Shown one piece after another: positions 1 through 10,071 of a stretch of 59,765 nucleotides of DNA. Location: assembly GCA_026982355.1 (NCBI GenBank), contig JALSHG010000067.1:1-59765 (forward strand), read 5' to 3'. The position numbers and the translations under genes were made by a program. Under the pieces are notes generated by a model that saw only the letters and a program-made list of their open reading frames with translations, had not been told where the DNA came from and ran no database searches. The DNA is from Thermodesulfovibrio sp. (GTDB taxonomy: Bacteria; Nitrospirota; Thermodesulfovibrionia; UBA6902). Numbering within the stretch: the stretch's first letter is position 1; each line of letters starts with the position of its first letter.

Positions 1-909
1 AGCAACCTGATGAAGCGCCTCAGGAGAAAAGGCATTTCGCGTGTTGATTTTCTTGAGGGAGTCTCTCTTAACGAAATCAAACAATTCATTGTTGACATCG
101 CAGAGCCGGGCGGGGCATTGAGGACATATCCGCATATCAGGGCCGGCGCGGTTGATGTCAGACTGGGAGGGATGACCCTCCGTACAGATGTTGAGCTTGA
201 TTTCGATATAAACGGCCTGTCTTATTCCCCCCCCGAGGAGGTAGAGAAACTCAAGGATGTTTTCCATTCGGCATCCCCGTTCAAGAAGCTCAACATAGCA
301 GGGCTTGAGGAGATCGTGATTCACTTTATTGCAACCTTCAGGAAAGAGGCCAGGATACTCAAGTATTTAAGCCCCGTCAAGTCATACAGCGAGTATACCT
401 ACACGCATGCCACCAATGTTACGGTCCTTTCGGTGTTTCAGGCAGAATCCCTTGGTGTCAAGGACGACCTCCTGCACGAGATCGGCGTGGCGGCGCTCCT
501 GCATGATGCCGGCAAGCTGTTTATATCCAGGGAGATACTGGAGAAAAACGGACCACTTGATGAAAAAGAATTCGACGAGATAAAAAAGCATCCCCTGTAC
601 GGCGCAAAATATCTCGCCAAGATGGACAACCTCACCCGGCTTGCACCCATCATAGCATTCGAGCACCACATGCGCTACGACGGCTCCGGTTATCCGCAGC
701 TCCGCATAAACGAAAGAAGACAGCACATATGCAGCCAGATCGTTGCGCTTTCCGATTTCTTCGACGCCCTCCGCAGCCGCCGGCCCTACAGGGCGAGCAT
801 GAATGTGAAACAGATATTCGCATTAATGAAAAAGGGCGCAAACAGGGATTTCAATCCATTCCTGGTGGATAATTTCATAAGACTGCTGCAGGCGACCCTG
901 AAAGACTGA
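1..909 (+). CDS. HD-GYP domain protein (c-di-GMP phosphodiesterase-like); probably 5'-truncated by the window edge
   Basis: ORF 10..909, with the frame open back to base 1. Has the HD motif 'LLHDAGK' and the 'HHMRYDGSGYPQ' (HD-GYP) signature. Confidence 0.8.
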   Translation, partial: SNLMKRLRRKGISRVDFLEGVSLNEIKQFIVDIAEPGGALRTYPHIRAGAVDVRLGGMTLRTDVELDFDINGLSYSPPEEVEKLKDVFHSASPFKKLNIAGLEEIVIHFIATFRKEARILKYLSPVKSYSEYTYTHATNVTVLSVFQAESLGVKDDLLHEIGVAALLHDAGKLFISREILEKNGPLDEKEFDEIKKHPLYGAKYLAKMDNLTRLAPIIAFEHHMRYDGSGYPQLRINERRQHICSQIVALSDFFDALRSRRPYRASMNVKQIFALMKKGANRDFNPFLVDNFIRLLQATLKD

Positions 910-917
910 CAAGGGCC

Positions 918-1715
918 TCATCCTGCGCGGAGATACCCCAGCCACATGAGAAATATATCCTGCCCCCACAAGAGTGTAACAAGTGCGCCTGACGCCAGAT
1001 ACGGACCGAAGGCTATCTTCCCTCCCCACTCCCTGCCTTTAAGGAGGATAAGCGAAATCCCCGTGAACGAGCCGAGGAGGCTTCCCAGAAAGGTAGTAAG
1101 TATCACCCCTTTCCAGCCCAGGAGGCCGCCGACCATGGCCATCATCTTGATATCCCCTCCGCCCATTGCATCCTTTCTGAATATCGCCTTGCCCAGCACT
1201 GACAGCAGATAAAAGGAACCGCCCCCTGCCAGAAGGCCTGTAACGGACGCCCCGAGCCCGAGCAGGCTATCCCGTGCAAGGGGATCGGGAAGGATGGTGG
1301 AGCCCAAAACAACGGCAAGGGGAATACCGGGCAGGGTGATGCCGTTGGGGATTATCTGGAATTCAAGATCAACGAAAAAGATCACCACAAGGCAGGATAC
1401 AAATACCAGGTAAGCCGCCAGGACCAACGGAGAGCCGTAACCGAATTTATGAAGCACAATGACATACAGTACGGCGTTAAGCAGCTCCACCAGGGGATAC
1501 CTGAGCGGTATCCCCGCCCCGCATGATCTGCACCTGCCCCGGAGCATGATATAGCTCAGCACAGGGATATTGTCATGGAATCTTACCGGTGCCCCGCATG
1601 ATGTGCACCGGGAGGCGGGACGCACCACGGATATGCCCCTCGGAAGACGGTATATGCACACATTAAGAAAAGAGCCTGTTGCCAGGCCGAGGATAAAGAT
1701 TGAAATATACTGCAT
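918..1715 (-). CDS. pilD: Prepilin peptidase / type IV leader peptidase (A24 family)
   Basis: N-terminus 'GSFLNVCIYRLP' followed by the paired Cys motifs CTSCG...CRSCG. Multi-TM body with 'GGGDIKMMAMVG', which is typical of PilD. Confidence 0.85.
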   Translation of the reverse strand: MQYISIFILGLATGSFLNVCIYRLPRGISVVRPASRCTSCGAPVRFHDNIPVLSYIMLRGRCRSCGAGIPLRYPLVELLNAVLYVIVLHKFGYGSPLVLAAYLVFVSCLVVIFFVDLEFQIIPNGITLPGIPLAVVLGSTILPDPLARDSLLGLGASVTGLLAGGGSFYLLSVLGKAIFRKDAMGGGDIKMMAMVGGLLGWKGVILTTFLGSLLGSFTGISLILLKGREWGGKIAFGPYLASGALVTLLWGQDIFLMWLGYLRAG

Positions 1716-1730
1716 CGTCTGAAAACTTAT

Positions 1731-2048
1731 TTATACCCCCGCCCTGCTCCTGTAGTTATCGGCCGTCTCTCTCAGCTTCTTCACCTCTTCAAGCGCCTGT
1801 TCTATGATATGGTCCCTGAATACATCTTTGCCCTCTGTTTCGTTTTTCTCCTTCATCTCCATGATTCTCCTGCCGATCCGCCGGTAAAGGTCGTCCATCC
1901 TGTTTTCAAGCTTGCTGATTTCATAGAGGAGCTTTGCAGAGGATGTCCCGGCCTTTGTCCTCTCGGCAACAAAATTCGCCATCCATTTAACGCGTGTTAT
2001 TCCTGTTGTCAGGTTTTTTCTTACCTTGTCCATTGTGCTGTCTTCCAT
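1731..2048 (-). CDS. Hypothetical small coiled-coil protein
   Basis: ORF 1731..2093. The internal ATG at 2048 is preceded by GGAGGA at 6 nt spacing, and this start avoids overlap with recG. No recognisable domain. Confidence 0.45.
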   Translation of the reverse strand: MEDSTMDKVRKNLTTGITRVKWMANFVAERTKAGTSSAKLLYEISKLENRMDDLYRRIGRRIMEMKEKNETEGKDVFRDHIIEQALEEVKKLRETADNYRSRAGV

Positions 2049-2059
2049 TTCCTGTCCTC

Positions 2060-4192
2060 CTAACTCTTGACAAGCTCCAGCCTTCCCTTCCATCTTTTCA
2101 GCATGGTTTCCTTGAGCAGGGGATGGCTGGACAGATCGGGTTCGGTATCTATTAAATCAAATGCCTCTTTTCTTGCTGACTCGAGCAGTTCCACGTCTCT
2201 TATTATATTCGCCATCTTCAGTTCGGGAATGCCGGACTGCCGGGTGCCGAAGAAATCGCCCGGCCCCCTTATGGCAAGGTCTTCTTCCGCTATCCTGAAT
2301 CCGTCGCTCGTGGTTTCCATCGCCCTGAGGCGCCTGCGCGCCTCCTCGCTGAAAGGTGGGTATGCCATCAGCAGGCAGTAAGAATCGCAGCCGCCCCTTC
2401 CGATCCGTCCCCTTAACTGGTGAAGCTGTGCAAGCCCGAATCTCTCGGCATGCACGATAAGCATGAGAGAGGCGTTGGGCACATCTATGCCCACCTCGAT
2501 GACCGTTGTCGCTACAAGTATGTCGATATCCCCTGACTTGAACTGCTCCATTACGGCCTCTCTCTCGTCATGGCGCATCCTGCCGTGGACAAGGCCTGTC
2601 CTCCTGTCACGGAAAATTCTCGTGAACGCCTCGGCTCCCTCCATGGCGGACTTGAGATCAAGCCTCTCGGACTCCTCGACAAGGGGATACACGATATAGA
2701 CCTGCCTCCCCTTGGACAGCTCGGCCTTTATCAGGGAGTATATCATGTCCTTCTGCGACGGGAAAAAGACCTTTGTGACAACAGGCCTTCTGCCAGCAGG
2801 CAGTTCGTCTATTATTGAGACATCGAGATCTCCGTACAGCGTCATCGCCAGTGTTCGCGGGATGGGTGTTGCGGTCATGACGAGGATATCCGGATTGAGG
2901 CCCTTGCTTCTGAGGGTGGCCCTCTGGAGAACACCGAACCTGTGCTGTTCATCGATTATCGCCAGGCCGAGATTTCCGAATCTTACGCGTTCCTGTATAA
3001 GGGCATGCGTACCCACGACAATCTGGACGGTTCCGGAGGATATGTCGCCGGCATGCCTTTCCCTCGTGCCCGAGGTAAGCAGGGCGACCTTCAGGCCGAG
3101 AGCTTCGACCATCCTGTGTATGTTGATGAAATGCTGCTCTGCAAGCAGCTCGGTCGGCGCCATCAGGCAGGCCTGGTAGCCGTTCTCAACGGCTGTGAGC
3201 ATCGACAACAGCGCAACCACGGTCTTTCCGCATCCCACATCACCGTGCACCAGCCTGTTCATGGGCACGGGCTTCTGCATATCCTCTCTTATCTGCGAGA
3301 CAACCCGCTTCTGCGCCCCTGTAAGCTCAAACGGCAGTCCCTGTAAGAATCTGCCTGCAAGAACGCCCCTGTCAGTGAAGCTGATTCCCCTTTCAATCGT
3401 CTCCCGTTTTTTCAGGAGCGCAAGCCCGAGTTCGAGGAGGAAGAATTCATCAAACACAAGGCGCCTGTGTGCAGGGCTTAGTCCTTTATTCAGCGCGCTG
3501 ACATCGCTGCATTCCTCGGGGAAATGCGCCTCCCTGACAGCCCGGGGCAGGGGCATCAGTTTGTTTCTTTCACGTATATCCCCGGGCAGGTAGTCTTCAA
3601 TCAGGAAGGAGTAGGTGCTTGATGCATTGAACATGAGAGCCCTGATCTGCTTTGGTGATATGCCCTCGGCAGCCCTGTATACAGGCACAATTCTTGATGT
3701 ATGAACAAGCCTGTCATCCTCCGAGAGCAGCTCGAAGTCCGGGTTCTCCATTTCCGGCCCGATACCGTTATACGGGTTGCCCTTTACCACACCGCTTAAT
3801 ATAATCTTCTGGCCCTTTTTGAAATATTTCTTCAGATACGGCTGGTTGAACCACCTGGCCTTCAGGAAACCGGTTTCATCGGCGGCCGCAAGTTCAAGAA
3901 TCTTCATCTTCTTCCTGGGGGTGACGATGATATTTACCGATGCCACCTCGCAAAGGGTCGTCTGAAGGCTTCCGTAGGCGAGGCTGTTTATTTTCTTCAG
4001 ATGTCTCCTGTCCTCATAACGCCGGGGGAAATAGAAGAGAATGTCTTCAACCGTATGAATACCGAGGCGTTCAAGCACCCTGGCGCGTGCCGGGCCTACT
4101 CCTTTTACGTACTGGACAGGGGTGTCTCCTGATATCCTCGGGCCGTATGCCGGGGCTTTCGTGCCGGTGAAACTCTTAGTCCTGTCGTTCAT
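2060..4192 (-). CDS. recG: ATP-dependent DNA helicase RecG
   Basis: 710 aa. N-terminal wedge/OB region, Walker A 'GDVGCGKT', 'DEQHRFG' box and 'QLHQLRGRIGRG' motif VI. Confidence 0.9.
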   Translation of the reverse strand: MNDRTKSFTGTKAPAYGPRISGDTPVQYVKGVGPARARVLERLGIHTVEDILFYFPRRYEDRRHLKKINSLAYGSLQTTLCEVASVNIIVTPRKKMKILELAAADETGFLKARWFNQPYLKKYFKKGQKIILSGVVKGNPYNGIGPEMENPDFELLSEDDRLVHTSRIVPVYRAAEGISPKQIRALMFNASSTYSFLIEDYLPGDIRERNKLMPLPRAVREAHFPEECSDVSALNKGLSPAHRRLVFDEFFLLELGLALLKKRETIERGISFTDRGVLAGRFLQGLPFELTGAQKRVVSQIREDMQKPVPMNRLVHGDVGCGKTVVALLSMLTAVENGYQACLMAPTELLAEQHFINIHRMVEALGLKVALLTSGTRERHAGDISSGTVQIVVGTHALIQERVRFGNLGLAIIDEQHRFGVLQRATLRSKGLNPDILVMTATPIPRTLAMTLYGDLDVSIIDELPAGRRPVVTKVFFPSQKDMIYSLIKAELSKGRQVYIVYPLVEESERLDLKSAMEGAEAFTRIFRDRRTGLVHGRMRHDEREAVMEQFKSGDIDILVATTVIEVGIDVPNASLMLIVHAERFGLAQLHQLRGRIGRGGCDSYCLLMAYPPFSEEARRRLRAMETTSDGFRIAEEDLAIRGPGDFFGTRQSGIPELKMANIIRDVELLESARKEAFDLIDTEPDLSSHPLLKETMLKRWKGRLELVKS

Positions 4193-5336
4193 CCTCAGAG
4201 GCCTGACCCTCCCCGGCGGGGTTCTCTTCCGTACCGGCTTCGTTCATCTGACTCTCTTCCTGAAGCTCTTCAAGCTGTGTCTCTATCTCTCCCTTTCTCA
4301 TCTTGTTATACTCCGTCTCGCTTATTATATCAATATCCCAGCCTGTGAGTTTCATGGCCAGCCTCACGTTCTGGCCCTTTTTCCCGATGGCGATTGAGAG
4401 CTGCTGGTCGCTTACGACCACCATTGCGGACTTTTCCTCTTCATTGATTCCTATGCTCTCGACAGTCGCCGGACTCAGGGCCTTTGGTATGAGCACTCTC
4501 GGATCGTCCGTCCAGGGTATTATGTCGATCCGTTCGCCCTTTAATTCCCTCACTATGGACTGGACCCGCGTGCCCTTCATGCCCACGCACGCGCCTACCG
4601 GGTCAACCATGGGGTTGTTGGAGTAAACCGTCAGCTTTGTCCTGTCCCCTGCCTCCCGCACAATGTCTTTTATTATTACAAGGTCTTCGTATATCTCGGG
4701 TATCTCCATCCTGAAAAGCTCTGCAACAAAATTCGGATGCGTCCTTGAAAGCAGGATCACCGGGCCCTTGGGGGTGATCTTCACCTCTTCTATGTATGTC
4801 CTTATGGTCTCGCCCCTTTTCAGTGTCTCGGTGGGCAGCGTGGATTTGACGGGCAGCAGGGCCTCCGCCCTTCCGAGGGCTATGAAGTAGGTCCCCTTTT
4901 CCTTGCGTATCACCACGCCGCTGACTATCTGGCCGGCCTTGTCCTTGTACTCCTCGAAGATCGCCTCTTTCTCGGCCTCCCTTACACGCTGGAAGAGCAC
5001 CTGCTTGGCTGTCTGGGCCGCAATCCTGCCGAAATTTTCAAGGGATATGGGGGATTCAACAGTATCGCCTATTTCTTTTGAGGGGTCCGTCTTCCGTGCG
5101 TCATTCAGTGAAATCTCCTCTCTCGGATTTTCAACCTCCCGGACAACCTTTTTCAGCGCGCTTATAGAGATTTCGCCTGATGCCTCATCGATCTTTATAT
5201 TTATTTCAGGCGTAAGACCGTATTTCTTTCTTACCGCAGACAAGAGGGCCGACTCGAGGGTTCCGAGGATGGACTCCTTGGGTATGCCCCTTTCCTTGCT
5301 CATCTGCTCAATGATATGAATAAGCTCACGGTTCAT
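4176..5336 (-). CDS. nusA: Transcription termination/antitermination factor NusA
   Basis: N-terminus 'LIHIIEQMSKERGIPKE', S1 and KH domains ('GACVGMKGTRVQ', 'AIGKKGQNVRLA') and an acidic tail. Sits immediately downstream of rimP. Confidence 0.92.
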   Translation of the reverse strand: MNRELIHIIEQMSKERGIPKESILGTLESALLSAVRKKYGLTPEINIKIDEASGEISISALKKVVREVENPREEISLNDARKTDPSKEIGDTVESPISLENFGRIAAQTAKQVLFQRVREAEKEAIFEEYKDKAGQIVSGVVIRKEKGTYFIALGRAEALLPVKSTLPTETLKRGETIRTYIEEVKITPKGPVILLSRTHPNFVAELFRMEIPEIYEDLVIIKDIVREAGDRTKLTVYSNNPMVDPVGACVGMKGTRVQSIVRELKGERIDIIPWTDDPRVLIPKALSPATVESIGINEEEKSAMVVVSDQQLSIAIGKKGQNVRLAMKLTGWDIDIISETEYNKMRKGEIETQLEELQEESQMNEAGTEENPAGEGQASEDERQD

Positions 5337-5801
5337 TTATATCTCCACCTCCAGTCTTGCCCTTGAAATGTTTCCATAAGGTATGGTGACCTTCCTCTTC
5401 TCAGGTAACAGAAGTGATATTTTCTCATCACCCGCCTCAACGAGCCTGCCGATAAAGAAGGTCTGTCCGTCCACCGGCTCACGCGTGACAACCCTCACGG
5501 TCCTCCCGGAAAACCGCCTGAAATCCTTCTCGCTTTTCAGCGGCCTGTCAAGCCCGGGGGAGGATACCTCGAGGACATAGGCGCACGGGATGGGGTCCTC
5601 CACGTCAAGCACCGCCTCTATCTCCCGGCTGACGGCCTCGCAGTCATCAATCGTGACCCCGCCCTCCTTTTCAATAAAGACCCTCAGCAGCGCCTTCCCG
5701 CGCATTTTCTTGAACTCTATATCATCAAGCTCAACACCAAGGGCATTTATCACCGGTTCTATTATTTCCCTGATTTTATTCTCCGTTTGCTCTATGTTCA
5801 T
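5337..5801 (-). CDS. rimP: Ribosome maturation factor RimP
   Basis: 'LEVSSPGLDRPL' motif and the conserved rimP-nusA order. The start is moved to the internal ATG at 5801 ('MNIEQTENKIREI') because the upstream 34 codons look non-coding. Confidence 0.85.
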   Translation of the reverse strand: MNIEQTENKIREIIEPVINALGVELDDIEFKKMRGKALLRVFIEKEGGVTIDDCEAVSREIEAVLDVEDPIPCAYVLEVSSPGLDRPLKSEKDFRRFSGRTVRVVTREPVDGQTFFIGRLVEAGDEKISLLLPEKRKVTIPYGNISRARLEVEI

Positions 5802-5918
5802 TATAAAAACAAAAGAGTGGGAAGACCCACTCTTGTCTCGTAACAGCAAAGGATAACGGAAAAAAACTAAAATGAGGATACCATTTCCGGAAGAAAAAAA
5901 CAAGGGGTGAAAGGCGCT

Positions 5919-6380
5919 TCACGGCATGTCGGCGCCCATATCCAGTTCCATGACAATCGCATCCTCGTCCGGTTTTTTGTAATACCCCTTACGCCTGCCT
6001 GTTACATGAAAACCGAACTTCTTATAAAGCCCCGCCGCCGCGGCGTTTGACTCTCTTACCTCAAGCACGAGCTTTGTAGAGGGATTCAACTGTCTCAACA
6101 CCTGCAGGATATTAAACATGAGCATGCTTGCAATGCCGGTCCGCCTGAACTCGGGCATGACCGAGATGTTCAGAAGGTGGGTCTCATCGAGTATGGTGCG
6201 TATGCACACATAGCCGACGATCCGGTCATGCAGCACGGCGACCTTCAGGATGGCCCTCTCGTTGGCGAGTTCATACCTGAATGAATTCGCGGTCCACGGG
6301 GTGGAGTAACAGCGGTTCTCTATGGCAATGACCTCCGGAAGGTCATTGCAGGACATCTCCCTGATTACTATCCCTTCCAA
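5919..6380 (-). CDS. rimI: GNAT acetyltransferase, ribosomal-protein-alanine N-acetyltransferase-like
   Basis: 153 aa GNAT fold with the 'RRTGIASMLM' acetyl-CoA motif. Overlaps tsaB, matching the usual tsaB-rimI pairing. Confidence 0.75.
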   Translation of the reverse strand: MEGIVIREMSCNDLPEVIAIENRCYSTPWTANSFRYELANERAILKVAVLHDRIVGYVCIRTILDETHLLNISVMPEFRRTGIASMLMFNILQVLRQLNPSTKLVLEVRESNAAAAGLYKKFGFHVTGRRKGYYKKPDEDAIVMELDMGADMP

Positions 6381-7054
6381 TTAATCTCCGCCTCGGACTT
6401 TCTCACATAAAGAGGCGATAGACCCGCGACATCCGCGGTAAAGCCCTGCCTTAATCTCTCAAAAGCCGCCTCCGCCACGGTTGCGGCGGACGGCGACATC
6501 CTCGATGCAGGTGCAAAAACCGCCTTGTCCTCAAGGATGTCTCTGATAACCTCGCTGTAGGTTTCCGCCCCGTCTCCCATTACGACAACCGGTTCATCAA
6601 TCCGGTGCAGCAATTCCCGGGGATTTATTGCGGCCTCAGGCATTATCTTTCTGCACACATTGTCTTCCCACCTGTACAGTGCCGCATAGACCTCGTTTTT
6701 TCTTGCATCCAGCATAGGGCATATCATGTATGAGCAGAAGGGTATGGTCATTGCAAAGGCATCAAGGGTGGGCACGGGCACGACCGGCTTGCCCGTTGCA
6801 AACGAAAAGCCCTTGACAGTGCTGAGACCGATCCTCAGGCCGGTGAATGAGCCCGGCCCTATGGAAACCGCAAATGCGTCAATGTCGTGTATGCCGGTGC
6901 CGGATGCCTTCAGAAGCCATTCCACGGACGGCATCAGTCTCTCGGCATGCGCTATCCTGACGTTCACCCTGACTTCGGCGATAAGTCCCCGGCTGTCGTC
7001 CGCAATTGCGATACCGCCGGTCAACGTAGAGGTTTCCAGTGCAAGAATTTTCAT
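6368..7054 (-). CDS. tsaB: tRNA t6A37 biosynthesis protein TsaB (YeaZ)
   Basis: 'MKILALETSTLTGGIAI' N-terminus and 'GPGSFTGLRIG' motif. Start set at the ATG at 7054. Confidence 0.8.
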   Translation of the reverse strand: MKILALETSTLTGGIAIADDSRGLIAEVRVNVRIAHAERLMPSVEWLLKASGTGIHDIDAFAVSIGPGSFTGLRIGLSTVKGFSFATGKPVVPVPTLDAFAMTIPFCSYMICPMLDARKNEVYAALYRWEDNVCRKIMPEAAINPRELLHRIDEPVVVMGDGAETYSEVIRDILEDKAVFAPASRMSPSAATVAEAAFERLRQGFTADVAGLSPLYVRKSEAEINWKG

Positions 7055-7126
7055 GGGCCGGATATTAATACTGTAAAATTTTACCACAGATTTACAGATA
7101 AAAGGCGGAGTTGTTTATAATGTTCT

Positions 7127-8635
7127 ATGTCCGGCCCGGATAAAAGATTCTATCAACTGATCATCAGCAGGCTCGACGGTGACAGGCTTTCTTCGGTCTC
7201 TTACCGGGAGCGCTGTGCGGAACTTGCCTGCAAAGGCATCGGGGGGTTCATCCTCTTCGGCGGCAGCCGGGATGAGACGGGGGACTTTATTGCGGAACTC
7301 CAGTCCATGGCCGCAACACCCCTGTTTATTGCATCCGACATAGAGCGCGGAGTGGGACAGCAGGTGCGGGGATATACCGTTTTCCCCTGCCACATGGCCG
7401 TGGCGGCGGCGCTCAGCAGGCACAGACCGGACGAGGTGAAAATACTTGAAGAAGCGGTTGATGCAGTTGCCGAAGAGGCGGTTGAGGCGGGAATAAATAT
7501 GCCGCTGATACCCGTCATGGATGTAAACAGCAATCCTGACAACCCGATAATCTGCACAAGGGCCTTTTCCGGCAATCCCCGGGATGTTGCATGGTACGGC
7601 TGTGTGTATATAAGGGCGCTTGAAAGGGCAGGCCTTACAAGCTGCGCCAAGCACTTCCCCGGACACGGCGATACATCCGTTGATTCCCACATTGCGCTTC
7701 CCGTTATCTCAAAACCCCTGAAAGAGTTAATGCGTACGGATATTCATCCGTTCAGGGAGGCGGTAAGGGCGGGGGCCGGCAGTATCATGGTGGGGCACCT
7801 TGCCGTTCCCGCCGTTGACCCCCGGCTGCCCGCATCCCTGTCGGAAAAGGTGATAACCGGCCTGTTACGGGAGGAACTCGGCTACAGCGGCCTCATCCTC
7901 ACCGATGCCCTGAACATGCATGCACTGAAAGGGCAGGAACATGTTGCCGTGAAATGCATAAATGCAGGGGCGGACATCCTGCTTCATCCTGATGATGCGG
8001 AGGAGGTTGCCGGAGAATTGAACCGGGCTGTCGAAGCAGGGGAGATCGAAGAAGGAAAAATAGATGCAGCGGTGAAAAGAATCCTGAGTCATAAATCCGG
8101 GATCAGGGGTATTAAACGGCACGGATCAACAGACCGCAGGGTTCATGCCGCGCTTTCCGGACAGATCTCCGCCATGTCGGTAACCCTTGTAAAAGACAGC
8201 GGCCGCGTGCTGCCTCTCAGGGACGCCGGAGATGCCTGTCTTGTATTTTCAGGTGATGAAAACGACCATGACCTGTCTCTTCTGAGAGACTTCATGAGGG
8301 GGGATTCCCGGTGCATCAGTCTGAAGAAACAGTCGTCCACGCATCCCGTCCGGGACACCGTGATCTTCACCATCTTTACGGAGATTGCGGCATGGAAGGG
8401 GGGCGGGGATATCGGGGAAGAAGAGAAGAATGCCGTCAAAAAGCTTATCGGCATGTCGCGGAAATCAATAGTGATATCCTTCGGAAGCCCCTATGTGCTC
8501 AGGCATTTCACGGAAGCCGACGTGCTCATTGCCGCTTATGACACAGACGGCCAGGCCCAGTCGTCGGTCATCAGGTGTTTGACCGGGGAAAGCGACTTCA
8601 GGGGATCACTGCCTGTAGACATCTCCGTGTCCTGA
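7127..8635 (+). CDS. nagZ: Glycoside hydrolase family 3 beta-N-acetylhexosaminidase (NagZ-like, with C-terminal extension)
   Basis: 'KHFPGHGDTSVDSH' GH3 catalytic region and 'GLILTDAL'. Convergent with ampG. Confidence 0.8.
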   Translation: MSGPDKRFYQLIISRLDGDRLSSVSYRERCAELACKGIGGFILFGGSRDETGDFIAELQSMAATPLFIASDIERGVGQQVRGYTVFPCHMAVAAALSRHRPDEVKILEEAVDAVAEEAVEAGINMPLIPVMDVNSNPDNPIICTRAFSGNPRDVAWYGCVYIRALERAGLTSCAKHFPGHGDTSVDSHIALPVISKPLKELMRTDIHPFREAVRAGAGSIMVGHLAVPAVDPRLPASLSEKVITGLLREELGYSGLILTDALNMHALKGQEHVAVKCINAGADILLHPDDAEEVAGELNRAVEAGEIEEGKIDAAVKRILSHKSGIRGIKRHGSTDRRVHAALSGQISAMSVTLVKDSGRVLPLRDAGDACLVFSGDENDHDLSLLRDFMRGDSRCISLKKQSSTHPVRDTVIFTIFTEIAAWKGGGDIGEEEKNAVKKLIGMSRKSIVISFGSPYVLRHFTEADVLIAAYDTDGQAQSSVIRCLTGESDFRGSLPVDISVS

Positions 8636-9856
8636 ATTCCAGGGCGCGAATTTCAGCAGGAGGAGCATCCCCGGGATTGCGGCCAGCACGCAGGCGATAA
8701 AGAAATTTTCCCAGCCGAGTGTTTCGGCAAGGTAGCCCGTGGGGGCCGAGAGCACATCCCTCCCGAATGCCATAAAGCTTGTCAACAATGCATACTGCGT
8801 TGCTGTAAATTTTTTATTAGTGATGCTCGCCATGAACGCCATGAATGCGGCAGTGCCCATGCCGGCGCTGATATTTTCAAAGCCTATGACTGCCGAGAGG
8901 AGCGGGATGCTGTGGCCTGTGCGCGCCAGCAGGGCGAATCCGGCAGTGGATATCGCCTGCAGGAACCCGAATATCCAGAGCGAACGGTTAATGCCCAGGC
9001 GGATCATCATCGCTCCGCCCAGGGACGCCCCGCCGATAACGGCCCAGAACCCGAGCAGTTTTGTAATGGCCCCGATCTCCGTGAGGGAAAATCCCATATC
9101 CATGTAAAACGGCGTTGTTATGTTTCCGGCCATTATATCGCCTATCTTGTAAAGGAGTATGAATGCCAGCATCCAGAACGCCTCCCTGCGCCTGAAATAT
9201 TCAACGAGGGGGGCGATAACGGCCTCTACCATGGTCCCCGGTCTTTCGGCAACACGGGGCTCGGGTGTCAGGAGCGTGGCGACAAGGGCGGGCAGCATGC
9301 AGGCTGCTATTATTATGTAGACCATATTAAACGACATATAATCAGCCATGATGAGGCCGCCGCCTGAAGACATCAGCATTCCTATCCGGTACCCCAGCAC
9401 ATACAGGGCCGAGCCCATACCGAGTTCTTCATCCGCAAGGTCCTCCCTCCTGTAGGCGTCCACAACTATATCCTGTGATGCGCTGAAAAATGTCACCATC
9501 AGGGCGGCTGCAACCAGCATCAGGGGGGCGTCTTTCGGATTGCTGAGTCCCATGCCCAGGATTGAAAGAATCAGGGCCGTCTGTGCAATCAGCAGCCATC
9601 CCCTTCTCCGGCCGAAGAAGGATATGGTGTAACGGTCGAGAAAGGGCGCCCATAGGAACTTTATCGAATAAGGTATGGCAAGCAGGTTGGTCAGACCTAT
9701 GAGGGAGAGGTCTATGCCTTCCCTTTTCATCCATGCCTGCAGCACGCCCTTTGTCAAAAGCAGGGGCAGGCCGCTGGCAAAGCCCATTATCAGGGCCACA
9801 AACATGCGCCTGCTCAGGATCACCCTCAGCGTTGTTTTATGTTTTCGGGGAATCAT
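8606..9856 (-). CDS. ampG: AmpG-family muropeptide MFS permease
   Basis: 416 aa multi-TM protein with 'GFASGLPLLLT...LQAWM' and 'PFLDRY', both typical of AmpG. Adjacent to nagZ. Confidence 0.75.
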   Translation of the reverse strand: MIPRKHKTTLRVILSRRMFVALIMGFASGLPLLLTKGVLQAWMKREGIDLSLIGLTNLLAIPYSIKFLWAPFLDRYTISFFGRRRGWLLIAQTALILSILGMGLSNPKDAPLMLVAAALMVTFFSASQDIVVDAYRREDLADEELGMGSALYVLGYRIGMLMSSGGGLIMADYMSFNMVYIIIAACMLPALVATLLTPEPRVAERPGTMVEAVIAPLVEYFRRREAFWMLAFILLYKIGDIMAGNITTPFYMDMGFSLTEIGAITKLLGFWAVIGGASLGGAMMIRLGINRSLWIFGFLQAISTAGFALLARTGHSIPLLSAVIGFENISAGMGTAAFMAFMASITNKKFTATQYALLTSFMAFGRDVLSAPTGYLAETLGWENFFIACVLAAIPGMLLLLKFAPWNSGHGDVYRQ

Positions 9857-9860
9857 TCAG

Positions 9861-9898
9861 CCGGCGGAGTCTCCTGTCAGTTTATGCAACACTAAGGA
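9861..9898. repeat. Palindromic intergenic repeat, partial (right half)
   Basis: 'CCGGCGGAGTCTCCTGTCAGTTTATGCAACACTAAGGAT' matches the core plus right arm of the family. Lies just upstream of the ampG start. Confidence 0.6.
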
Positions 9899-10071
9899 TA
9901 GCACACCCGGGCGAGCTTCTGAAAGGAAAGATTTCTTTATTTCCCTTCCGCATGTTATTATCTCTCACGGCTGCCGGTCCGGGATCCGGTTTGAATGCCT
10001 GCGAAATTCAGCGCCCCGGGTTTCAGAAAGCGAAAACACACACCGTCAACGGAAAGGAAACGGAATAATCC

